DNA of 56,680 nucleotides, taken from positions 1 through 56,680 of the forward strand of contig CAZLTB010000003.1 of assembly GCA_964562505.1 (NCBI GenBank). The letters are read 5' to 3'. A program made the position numbers and the translations under genes. Positions within the stretch are counted from its first letter, which is position 1; the number at the start of each line of letters is the position of its first letter. Under the pieces are notes generated by a model that saw nothing but the letters and a program-made list of their open reading frames with translations, did not search any database and was not told where the DNA came from. Shown here in pieces: positions 1-7,923 of this stretch. The DNA is from an uncultured Candidatus Saccharibacteria bacterium (lineage in GTDB: Bacteria > Patescibacteriota > Saccharimonadia > Saccharimonadales > CAZLTB01).

Positions 1-55
1 GAAGACTAACATTGTAAACCGATGGACGCGGGGGCAGTACCCGCCAGCTCCACCA
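1..55 (+). ncRNA. ssrA: tmRNA (SsrA), 3'-terminal part only; the gene starts left of the window
   Basis: GGACGCGGGGGCAGUACCCGCCAGCUCCACCA parallels the tRNA-Ala-like 3' end of bacterial tmRNA (E. coli ...GGACGCGGGUUCAACUCCCGCCAGCUCCACCA). It has the same T-stem GCGGG/CCCGC, the same acceptor strand CAGCUCC and an ACCA tail. A terminator follows immediately. Confidence 0.6.
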
Positions 56-60
56 AATGA

Positions 61-89
61 GCATTATCGACATTCGATAGTGCTTTTTT
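61..89 (+). terminator. Rho-independent terminator after tmRNA
   Basis: 9-bp stem gcattatcg/cgatagtgc (one G:U), 5-nt loop, then TTTTTT. Confidence 0.75.
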
Positions 90-272
90 GTTTGTAATTA
101 ATCTAACATCGCTAACGCTTAAGTTGGTTTACTATCCTGTTATGGAGGGGTTATGGAGACCATCACGATACCGCGCTATTACATACGGGATAGTGAAACC
201 AACGAGCTGTGGTGTTTTGACGCCAAAGCCTTAGCAGGCAAGAAAGATTAGCAAAACCTATTTCGTAATCGC

Positions 273-1613
273 CTAGGCTAGCTTTTTGACTTTGTTTTGA
301 ACTAAAAAGAATGAAAGAACGCCTGCAATCAGAACTAAGCTAGCACAAAGTGTGAGAGTGAATTTATAGGCATTTGAAGCGCCATAAATACCGACCACTG
401 ATATGACTATAAGTCCAGCCGCACGGGCTACGGCGTTGTTGATGCCTGAGGCAATTCCTGAGCTTTTATCGCTCACTGAGCCCATAACGGTAACAGTCAA
501 GGGAGCTACCGTAAGCGCCAAGCCGATTCCGAACAATACTACTCCGGGCAATACCGTCGTCAAGTAGCTTGATTGGCTATTTAGGTGCAATAACAAAACC
601 ATGCCCATTGCCTGGACTATTGGCCCAACCGTCATAAAAAAACGGGGTCCGAACCTAGCACACAATGCACCAACACGACCTGAAAGTGTTAGCATCAAGA
701 AAGTGACTGGCAACAAACTTACACCGGCTTTTATGCCACTATAGCCGACTGAAGATTGCAGATAAATAACGAAAGCAAAAATGAAACCGCTTAGTGCGCC
801 GTACATGGCAAAGGTCGCAGCATTTGCCGCTGTGAAGTTGCGAGATTTGAACAGACTTAGTTTGACCATTGGGTCGCTTGCATGACTCTCTACATACAGG
901 AAGGCAAATATGGCTACAACTCCTACAGCCAATGCTGTTATTGCTCGCGTGCTCCAGTGTTGAATCGGCCCTTCAATTAACCCATAAGTTGTGCCGCCAA
1001 GAGCAACTGCGGCTAGGGCTGCGCCAAGATAATCAATTGTGCGTTGCCCTTCATCACGGCTCTCCTCAACACTCTTTTTACCTAGCCACATGCACAGGGC
1101 AATAAGAGGTACGTTGATGAAAAATATCCATCTCCAGGAGGCATTATCAACAATCCAGCCACCAAGCGGGGGACCAATAGCTGTGGTAATGCTAGACCAA
1201 GCTGTCCATGTGCCTATGGCTTTGCCTCTAAGTTCGGCTGGGAAATTAGTATTTACAATTGCAAGGCCACCCGGGACAAGCATTGCTCCAAAAATGCCCT
1301 GCACCACTCGTATACCAATCAAAAATTCAATATTTGGTGCCAGACCACAGAGAAGCGAAGTTATACCAAAACCGATCAAGCCAATGTAATAAATTCGTTT
1401 CCTACCTAAAATATCACCAAGCGAACCACCGATCAGGATCAGAGAAGATAAAGACAGCAAATAGCCGTCAACGATCCATTGTAATTGGGCGAAGCTGGCG
1501 CCAAGCTCGCGAGCAATATGCGGTAGGGCAATATTAACGACTGTGCCGTCAAGAATGACTACGCCACTACCGACAATGGTGGTCAGAAGCACAAATAACT
1601 GCCGCCGATTCAT
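273..1613 (-). CDS. MFS transporter, DHA2 (EmrB/QacA)-like drug/H+ antiporter
   Basis: 446 aa and polytopic. The N-terminus ...VILDGTVVNIALPHIAREL...QWIVDGYLLSLSSLILIGGSLGDILGRKR is typical of EmrB/QacA-type MFS proteins. Confidence 0.8.
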   Translation of the reverse strand: MNRRQLFVLLTTIVGSGVVILDGTVVNIALPHIARELGASFAQLQWIVDGYLLSLSSLILIGGSLGDILGRKRIYYIGLIGFGITSLLCGLAPNIEFLIGIRVVQGIFGAMLVPGGLAIVNTNFPAELRGKAIGTWTAWSSITTAIGPPLGGWIVDNASWRWIFFINVPLIALCMWLGKKSVEESRDEGQRTIDYLGAALAAVALGGTTYGLIEGPIQHWSTRAITALAVGVVAIFAFLYVESHASDPMVKLSLFKSRNFTAANAATFAMYGALSGFIFAFVIYLQSSVGYSGIKAGVSLLPVTFLMLTLSGRVGALCARFGPRFFMTVGPIVQAMGMVLLLHLNSQSSYLTTVLPGVVLFGIGLALTVAPLTVTVMGSVSDKSSGIASGINNAVARAAGLIVISVVGIYGASNAYKFTLTLCASLVLIAGVLSFFLVQNKVKKLA

Positions 1614-1697
1614 TATTCTAAGTGTAGCACTTAGATGACGGAGCTACTTTAAATACAGTAAAGTACTAGGAAAAATTAACGAAATATGCTATAATAT

Positions 1698-2147
1698 ATG
1701 TCTATGATATCTGCAGAAGAGTTTGAGATTCCGCCTAAATGCCAAGACTGTGGTATACAGTGTGATTTGGCCAGTAAGATCTTAAAGTTAGCTGTGGCAG
1801 GCGAGCTAGTAGAGGGAATTGGTGGTTCGCTTTTGGGGGAAAGTGGCGAGAAGTTTAACGAAATGCTGCGCTTCAAGGTAGCTGACGAGGAGATAGCGGA
1901 TAGAATGGCAGAATCAACTCGACAAGGTGTTGGGGATAGTCTAGAAAAAATAGAACGACAAGTCGAAGATATCAAAGAAGACAGCGCAGCCTATGCTCTA
2001 GCATGTCAAGGTATTCTTAAGATGCAGGCAACAAAAGGCGACGTAACCTACACGGTGAGTGTTTGCACATCAGCCCGAGCCTATACACGTGACAACGGTG
2101 TTCCTAAGCATTTGGGTATGCACATACAGGCTGACTCGGCCCAATAG
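1698..2147 (+). CDS. Hypothetical cytosolic protein with an N-terminal CxxCxxxC motif
   Basis: 149-aa ORF. TGcTATAAT at 1687-1695 lies just upstream, so the real start may be the ATG at 1704 (leaderless). No recognisable family. Confidence 0.55.
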   Translation: MSMISAEEFEIPPKCQDCGIQCDLASKILKLAVAGELVEGIGGSLLGESGEKFNEMLRFKVADEEIADRMAESTRQGVGDSLEKIERQVEDIKEDSAAYALACQGILKMQATKGDVTYTVSVCTSARAYTRDNGVPKHLGMHIQADSAQ

Positions 2148-2191
2148 TTTGGTTATTCAAAAACGGATACAGAAGATGCTACAGTTAAGGA

Positions 2192-2452
2192 ATGTTCTCC
2201 AAATTCTTTAAAGACAAACACGGCAAAGTTGTAGTCTGGCAGAACCCAAATGCAGCACTTTGGACGTGGTTTGTTAGCTGGGTGCTAACTCATATACTGC
2301 CATACGGCCAGCTCGGTTTTATTGCTAGCCTTATCTCGTTCGGTTCCTTATTTACCTGGGCATGGCTGGAAATATTCCAAGGTGCCAGCTACTTCCGCCG
2401 CACACTCGGTGCAGTGGTGTTATTCTGGACTGTCATCTCACGGCTGCGGTAG
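2192..2452 (+). CDS. Small hydrophobic membrane protein (2-3 TM), unknown function
   Basis: 86-aa ORF rich in W/F/L. TGcTACAGT (2177-2185) ends 6 nt before the ATG. Confidence 0.5.
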   Translation: MFSKFFKDKHGKVVVWQNPNAALWTWFVSWVLTHILPYGQLGFIASLISFGSLFTWAWLEIFQGASYFRRTLGAVVLFWTVISRLR

Positions 2453-2490
2453 AAGTCTACAAAATTGATAAAATATGGTATAATAAGTTT

Positions 2491-2958
2491 ATGAATCATA
2501 TGTATGAACCAGGAATAGAGAAACCAGGACTTTACTCAGCTATGGATTTTAAACATACCAGTGCGCACAGAATTATGCCTGAGTCTCTAGCTGTCGGTGG
2601 TTTATATGTACTATATACGAGGTTAATTACCAGAGACCCACGCAAAGCTACGGCAAAAGATATTGCTCTAATAACCGGTGAGCCTAGGATCCATCGCAGA
2701 AGTGCGCATGTGAACTTTGATTTATTGGACGATGACTTAAACAGCCGAGATAGCATAAAAGGCAAATTCAAGAAAGGACTCTGGGTAGATGCATATAAAT
2801 GGGATCGTCCAAATAGCCTGGCTGATAGTGGATTTTTCAGGCCTTATATAGATGAAATGCAAATCCGGCTGGATCAACTAATTGGAGCGGAAATTGAGAA
2901 AGATTCTCTGATAAGACCTCCTGAGTTTGACAAACCATTTGAAGAGCCGCTTGAGTAG
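2491..2958 (+). CDS. Hypothetical protein (155 aa)
   Basis: The ORF-track frame opens at 2362, but TGgTATAAT (2476-2484) ends 6 nt before the ATG at 2491. The 5' extension overlaps the preceding gene. A strong terminator follows. Confidence 0.55.
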   Translation: MNHMYEPGIEKPGLYSAMDFKHTSAHRIMPESLAVGGLYVLYTRLITRDPRKATAKDIALITGEPRIHRRSAHVNFDLLDDDLNSRDSIKGKFKKGLWVDAYKWDRPNSLADSGFFRPYIDEMQIRLDQLIGAEIEKDSLIRPPEFDKPFEEPLE

Positions 2959-2964
2959 GTTAAA

Positions 2965-2994
2965 TAAAAAAACCGGGCTAAGCAGCCCGGTTTT
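2965..2994. terminator. Bidirectional rho-independent terminator
   Basis: A-run, 7-bp stem ccgggct/agcccgg, 4-nt loop, T-run. It sits between convergent genes (2491..2958 on + and 3010..3141 on -). Confidence 0.8.
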
Positions 2995-3009
2995 AGTTTG
3001 AGGCTTAGC

Positions 3010-3141
3010 CTACATATCCGGATCACGCTCCATGGCCATAACTATCAGATCGCTACGGCTTATGGCGGGATCATCATCGATACCAATTAGCATGAGCAAC
3101 TCATCGCGGCTCATTTCATCATAGTCCCTATCTAATGCCAT
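3010..3141 (-). CDS. Small acidic protein, 43 aa (MALDRDYDEMSRDELLMLIGIDDDPAISRSDLIVMAMERDPDM); below the ORF-track cutoff
   Basis: Translated by hand. The consensus SD AAGGAGGG lies 5 nt upstream of the ATG, and the ORF ends next to the bidirectional terminator. Confidence 0.5.
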   Translation of the reverse strand: MALDRDYDEMSRDELLMLIGIDDDPAISRSDLIVMAMERDPDM

Positions 3142-3261
3142 ACTTACCCTCCTTTTAGGGCGATCGTAGCGTATCAAGACGTTAGCACGTTGTCTGTGAG
3201 ATAGCTCCTATACCGCCAGTGTTTATGTAAGTGATGGGCAAGAGTTGAACAGGGGAGTATA

Positions 3262-3435
3262 ATGAAAAGCATGTCAGGAGAAACAAAAACAGATTCACGG
3301 CGCATAAGGTATTCCCGTCTTTATATGAATTGGCTTAGAAAGAAAGTTCTGTCTCCTTATTTTGAAGAAGAAGTTAAAGTCCGCCACTGGATTTACGAAA
3401 TTTTCATCCATCTGAAAAAACGCCCCAGCCACTAA
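3262..3435 (+). CDS. Possible small basic protein, 57 aa (MKSMSGETKTDSRRIRYSRLYMNWLRKKVLSPYFEEEVKVRHWIYEIFIHLKKRPSH)
   Basis: Translated by hand in an otherwise unassigned gap. It has no convincing SD, and TATAAT overlaps the ATG. Confidence 0.3.
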   Translation: MKSMSGETKTDSRRIRYSRLYMNWLRKKVLSPYFEEEVKVRHWIYEIFIHLKKRPSH

Positions 3436-3464
3436 ATTTCCAGAATTTTGTTATTATCAGAAGC

Positions 3465-4109
3465 ATGAATGACAAGAGGTTAAATGTGTGCGCATGGGCA
3501 CTCAGCCTAGTAGTACTGATTCTTGCTATTTATGTTTGGGGGCAGAGTCTAAGCTGGCAGATATTCGCAGTCCCTACATACCAGTTATTCCCTGTTTTTG
3601 GGCTAGTGGCCTTCAGTCTGATGTGGGTCCACTATATCGTAAGTGCGCTGCGGCAATATTTTGGGATTGATAGATCAGTGACCGCCTTTTACTTTGAAGT
3701 CACCAGCTGGATGGTGCTGGCGGCCATATTGCTCCATCCTAGTTTGCTTATCTGGCAGCTATGGCGGGACGGCTTGGGCTTGCCACCAGGTAGTTATGAA
3801 ATGGTTTATGGCTGGGCAACTTTACTAGGTACAGGTGCTTTGTTTGTGTTTTTAGCTTACGAATTCAGACGAAAGTTTGGCAAGCGTAGCTGGTGGAAAT
3901 ATATGCAATATCTCAGTGATGTAGCTATGCTGGTTATTGTTTATCATGCTCTAAGGCTTGGCACTCAGCTTCAGGTGCATTGGTTTCGCAGTGTCTGGTA
4001 CTTTTATGCCGGTACATTAATAATTGCATTGATTTATATCTATTCCCAAAAGTTCGAAGCCAGGCAACTTGCAGACAAAACAATTAAGCTTGATAATAAA
4101 AAGGCATAA
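3465..4109 (+). CDS. 6-TM integral membrane protein with intramembrane His residues (ferric-reductase / b-type-cytochrome-like topology)
   Basis: 214 aa with six hydrophobic segments. His residues lie in or near TM2 (WVHYIV), TM3 (LLHPSL) and TM5 (VYHALR), plus QVHW. TGtTATTAT ends 7 nt before the ATG. Confidence 0.45.
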   Translation: MNDKRLNVCAWALSLVVLILAIYVWGQSLSWQIFAVPTYQLFPVFGLVAFSLMWVHYIVSALRQYFGIDRSVTAFYFEVTSWMVLAAILLHPSLLIWQLWRDGLGLPPGSYEMVYGWATLLGTGALFVFLAYEFRRKFGKRSWWKYMQYLSDVAMLVIVYHALRLGTQLQVHWFRSVWYFYAGTLIIALIYIYSQKFEARQLADKTIKLDNKKA

Positions 4110-4126
4110 TTTTTGAAGGAGGTTTC

Positions 4127-4579
4127 ATGAAGACAGGAGTTATAGTAGCAATTGTGGCAGTCTTGATAATTGGCGGAGGCGCTTTTGCCATCAAAAAGAA
4201 AAACGATAATGATAAATCTAAAGAATCAGCAACAACAAGCCAGAGCACTTCTACAACCACTTCCAGCAACAATAGTGCCCCAAGCGATCAGCCTAGTCCA
4301 GACACAAGCGCTGTAGCTACAATCACTTATGGTGACACCGGCTTTAGCCCCAGCAAAATAACAGTGAAAGCAGGCAGTAAAGTGGAGATTAAAAACACCA
4401 CGTCTCATAATATGCAATTTGATTCGGATCCACACCCTGTACATACAGATGATACAGACCTAAATGCTGGACTCGTGGCGGCCGGAGGGAGTATGACATT
4501 TACAGTTACAAAAAAGGGAACATTTGGTTATCATAATCATCTTGATCCCTCTGAAACAGGCACTATCATTATCGAATAG
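4127..4579 (+). CDS. Membrane-anchored, secreted cupredoxin-like domain protein (no Cys ligand)
   Basis: 150 aa. It has an N-terminal TM/signal segment, an S/T-rich linker, then a beta-rich domain ...ITVKAGSKVEIKNTTSHNMQFDSDPHPVH...GTFGYHNHLDPSETGTIIIE resembling EfeO/plastocyanin-type cupredoxin folds. SD GAAGGAGG. Confidence 0.5.
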   Translation: MKTGVIVAIVAVLIIGGGAFAIKKKNDNDKSKESATTSQSTSTTTSSNNSAPSDQPSPDTSAVATITYGDTGFSPSKITVKAGSKVEIKNTTSHNMQFDSDPHPVHTDDTDLNAGLVAAGGSMTFTVTKKGTFGYHNHLDPSETGTIIIE

Positions 4580-4647
4580 ATATTTGTTCTAAAAATACCT
4601 CAAACGGTATATTCAGAAGGTTTTTTGCTTACTGTCATTTTTATGCT

Positions 4648-4675
4648 TTGATAAGTTAGAATTTCGCTTTACAAT
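4648..4675 (+). promoter_or_regulatory. Sigma70-type promoter TTGATA-16-TACAAT, 7 nt before the ATG at 4683 (leaderless)
   Basis: The hexamers and spacing were read directly. There is no SD between the -10 and the start codon. Confidence 0.55.
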
Positions 4676-4682
4676 AGTAGTA

Positions 4683-5792
4683 ATGTCATTGGGATTACCA
4701 GATCATATTATTGATGAAGCACAGCTCTTGAGCATGGAACATCCATGGAAACCAAAACCCTCTTTAGGCGAAAAACTACATAATCTAAATGCAACGATTG
4801 AAAATAGCTCTCATTTTCGACGCTTGGCAAAGATCATGGGTGGGCTTTCTATAATTATGGCGGCTACCGGGGTCGCACACTTGGTGCAATATCGTCCTGA
4901 AACGGCTATAAATCTACAGGCAGATAAACTTGTTAATAGCCAAGCGCCAGCTGAGTCTCTCCAGCCCTCTGCTGGCGACAGAAGGGCCAAAATTAGGGTT
5001 CCAAGATCCGTAGTTCCAAAACCAACAACGACCACTGCTCCCAAACCCCAAAAACAATCTTCCACAACTTCAACAACTACTATTCCACCGGTGCAGCCAT
5101 TCGTTATTAAAGGACACGGCATTGATATTTCTTTTCCACAATGTGGCAGGACTGGCAAAGATGGTAGCATTGACGAGACTCAAATTAAGGAGACTGTCCC
5201 AACAAACGTTGACTTTGCAATAATTGGCATAAATCACGGAAGTCCATTTACCGAAAACCAGTGTCTTGTCAGCGAGGCGAAAACTTATAACAACGTTGCT
5301 TATTATGTGAACTCAGCCTATACAGGCAAACTTCCGCCTCACGAAGAAGGCTATCAAGCCGGTAAAGACGCTGTGATGATCGCAAGAAAATATGGTCTGA
5401 AATCAACTTGGTGGTTTATAGATGTAGAGCACTACAACTCATGGTCCAAGAATGAAGCAGCTAATCGCGCTAGCCTGCAAGGGGAAATAGAAGCCATCAA
5501 GGAATTTGCTTCCCAAGACATAGGTAAAGATGTCACGGTAGCTTTGTACAGTAATCGAAACGAATGGCAAGCAACTATGGGAAATTCTCAAGCCGATCCG
5601 GCAGTAGCGCACTGGAAAGATATGCCTAATTGGTATGCTGGGGGTTTTCATGACGAGCCCATGCCATGGGCTAGAAGACATTGCACCGAAACGAACTTTA
5701 CAGGTGGAACCAACACCCCGATAGTTCAACAACTTCCCGATCCGGCTCTTCCCAATCCGGACAGATGGGACCCGGATTTTTCCTGCAAGTAG
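4683..5792 (+). CDS. Membrane-anchored extracytoplasmic protein, possible GH25/Rv2525c-like glycoside-hydrolase fold
   Basis: 369 aa with a TM at about residues 50-68 and a P/T-rich linker. The domain starts GHGIDISFPQCG...FAIIGINHG, which loosely resembles the GIDVS start of GH25-type TIM barrels. The assignment is weak. Confidence 0.35.
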   Translation: MSLGLPDHIIDEAQLLSMEHPWKPKPSLGEKLHNLNATIENSSHFRRLAKIMGGLSIIMAATGVAHLVQYRPETAINLQADKLVNSQAPAESLQPSAGDRRAKIRVPRSVVPKPTTTTAPKPQKQSSTTSTTTIPPVQPFVIKGHGIDISFPQCGRTGKDGSIDETQIKETVPTNVDFAIIGINHGSPFTENQCLVSEAKTYNNVAYYVNSAYTGKLPPHEEGYQAGKDAVMIARKYGLKSTWWFIDVEHYNSWSKNEAANRASLQGEIEAIKEFASQDIGKDVTVALYSNRNEWQATMGNSQADPAVAHWKDMPNWYAGGFHDEPMPWARRHCTETNFTGGTNTPIVQQLPDPALPNPDRWDPDFSCK

Positions 5793-5841
5793 ATCTTAGC
5801 TGGCTTGACGGGCAGGCCTGGTTTGTTACGCTGGAAGTACG

Positions 5842-7104
5842 ATGCTCGAAAAGCCCAAAAACCTAGTACGCAAATTGTTGCCACACAGCGCGGAGCTAAC
5901 TAGCGCCGATGTGGCTCCTGCGCGTGATTATATTGCAGCTTATTGGCACAAATTGCAGCGTTTTCATCCTAAAGATGATGAAAGTCTGCTCGGTCTTCCC
6001 GAGCCTTATCTAGTTCCGGCATACGAAGAGGGCCATGAATTTGACTTTAATGAACTGTATTACTGGGACAGTTATTTTATGGTGCAAGGAATATTGAATG
6101 AGCAACACAAGGAACTGGCCATAGGTATTTTAGAAGACCTCATCAGCATGTTTTACCGGTTTAAGATTATTCCTAATGCATCTCGGACTTATCTGATGGG
6201 ACGCAGCCAACCACCCCTATTAACAAGCTTTATGTGGGATCTTTATAATACTTACGACCTAAGCCCTAAGTGGCTGAAAAAACAAATGACCGCCGCTGAA
6301 GAAGAATATGAAACCGTTTGGATGGGAACTTCCAAGCCTAACTGGAGACAAGTCTATAAAGGTTTATCCCGCTACTACGACATCAATATGCTTAACGATT
6401 TAGCAGAGGCTGAAAGTGCATGGGACATGACGCCACGATTTGGACGCAAAGCCCTTAACTACCTGCCAGTCGACCTGAACACGCTTCTTTACAAGTACGA
6501 GACGGATATTGCTAAAATGTATCGTTTGTTAGACGACAAGCGAACTGCTGCTAAATGGGAAGTAGCGGCCGAGCACCGCAAATCAACAATGAACAGCCTA
6601 ATGTGGAACAGTCTCAGAGGTATGTTTTATGACTACAATTTTGTTAAAGAAAAGCGCGGCACAGTGAGCTCTTTGGCCGGCTTTTACCCACTATGGGCAG
6701 GCATGGTTGAAAAAGAGCAGGCCGAACAGATGGTCAAAGCCTTGAAGCGCTTTGAGAACAAAGGTGGTCTAGCCACCACTGATGTACAGCCGCTTAGCCA
6801 GTTTGTGCCCGGAAGCATGCCAACCCAATGGGCATACCCAAATGGCTGGGCACCTTTGCATTTTTTGATAGTCAAAGGTTTGCAACGCTATGGCTATAAT
6901 AACGACGCTAAGCGGATTGCAATGAAATGGCTTAAGACCAATCTGGATTGGTTTAACGAAAACGGAGTATTCCTGGAAAAATATAACGTCGTCTCACCGG
7001 ACAAACCCCCAATTAAGGGTGTTTATCCGTCACAGACCGGCTTTGGTTGGACTAACGCCGTGTTTGAAAGATTCTGCCAGGAATTTATTGATACGCAAAA
7101 ATAG
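5842..7104 (+). CDS. Trehalase, GH37 family, short cytoplasmic form
   Basis: 420 aa. It has YYWDSYF, RSQPPLL, WDMTPRF, QWAYPNGWAPLH (GH37 signature 2) and GFGWTNAVF. There is no signal peptide. Confidence 0.8.
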   Translation: MLEKPKNLVRKLLPHSAELTSADVAPARDYIAAYWHKLQRFHPKDDESLLGLPEPYLVPAYEEGHEFDFNELYYWDSYFMVQGILNEQHKELAIGILEDLISMFYRFKIIPNASRTYLMGRSQPPLLTSFMWDLYNTYDLSPKWLKKQMTAAEEEYETVWMGTSKPNWRQVYKGLSRYYDINMLNDLAEAESAWDMTPRFGRKALNYLPVDLNTLLYKYETDIAKMYRLLDDKRTAAKWEVAAEHRKSTMNSLMWNSLRGMFYDYNFVKEKRGTVSSLAGFYPLWAGMVEKEQAEQMVKALKRFENKGGLATTDVQPLSQFVPGSMPTQWAYPNGWAPLHFLIVKGLQRYGYNNDAKRIAMKWLKTNLDWFNENGVFLEKYNVVSPDKPPIKGVYPSQTGFGWTNAVFERFCQEFIDTQK

Positions 7105-7209
7105 CTATTTGAGCTGAAATATAAACATCCATTATACATAACTGCGTGGATGTGGATTGTGATTTATTCTGCTGTTCGAAAGTACATTTTTTAAGATACT
7201 AGAGCTTGT

Positions 7210-7803
7210 ATGGAATCAGTTGACAGAGGTTATGAATCTGGTGAGCCCGAAGAACCGGCACTAATTGGAGAACAACAGGATACTGCGCCTCAAAGTGTTC
7301 AGGACTTTCTTGACGGTCTGGAACATCCTTTAGATGGGTCAGATGATTCATTCGATGGGAGCGTATCTACTGTATTAGAAGAACAAGAGCACCAACATAG
7401 CTACAAACCAACCACAAGACCAACCAACATTTCTTCGCGCGGCGCAAATACTGGGCCAAAGCACTCTAAGCCATCCCAAAAAATTAACCCTCATTTTGAC
7501 ACCCAGGAAGAAATAATCGAAGTACGTGAACCTACGATTGCTGAAATTATAAAGGCTAGAGTAGTGGACGATATTGATGAAGAAGAACTTCCACCACTAA
7601 TATTGAACTCTACCCAGCAGCAAAAAGAGGCCAAAATGGCTTTTCGTGATATCCAGGAAGCGGCAGATAACAATCCTGAAGGATGGCAAGAACGATACCT
7701 AAGATTACAAGTTCAAATAAAAGACCTCGAACCTATAGCTGCTGCACAAATACTTAATAGCCATAGATACTCTTTTGTAGTAAGAGCAGCCTGGGAGTCG
7801 TAA
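7210..7803 (+). CDS. Hypothetical acidic, probably disordered protein
   Basis: 197-aa ORF rich in D/E/Q/P. No recognisable family. Confidence 0.5.
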   Translation: MESVDRGYESGEPEEPALIGEQQDTAPQSVQDFLDGLEHPLDGSDDSFDGSVSTVLEEQEHQHSYKPTTRPTNISSRGANTGPKHSKPSQKINPHFDTQEEIIEVREPTIAEIIKARVVDDIDEEELPPLILNSTQQQKEAKMAFRDIQEAADNNPEGWQERYLRLQVQIKDLEPIAAAQILNSHRYSFVVRAAWES

Positions 7804-7923
7804 TGCACTAGAACTGATTCGGCAACAACAAAAATATAGCCGATAAAATTGCCTAAATTGGGCACTAACACACAAAGTCGGGCCAAGAATCGATCCCATA
7901 AACTCTGTTATAATCCATCAGTT

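Noticed and set aside
153-251. 32-aa ORF (METITIPRYYIRDSETNELWCFDAKALAGKKD) after the tmRNA terminator, with GGAGG 4 nt upstream.
   Set aside because: It is too short and the SD spacing is too tight to support without conservation data. It is noted only as a candidate.
2362-2490. 5' extensions of ORF-track frames: 2362 for the 2491 gene, 7849 for metG, 42278 for trhO, 9870 for the 85-aa ORF and 27659 for ruvX.
   Set aside because: Promoter -10 elements or SD sequences lie inside the extensions, and conserved N-termini begin at the downstream Met.
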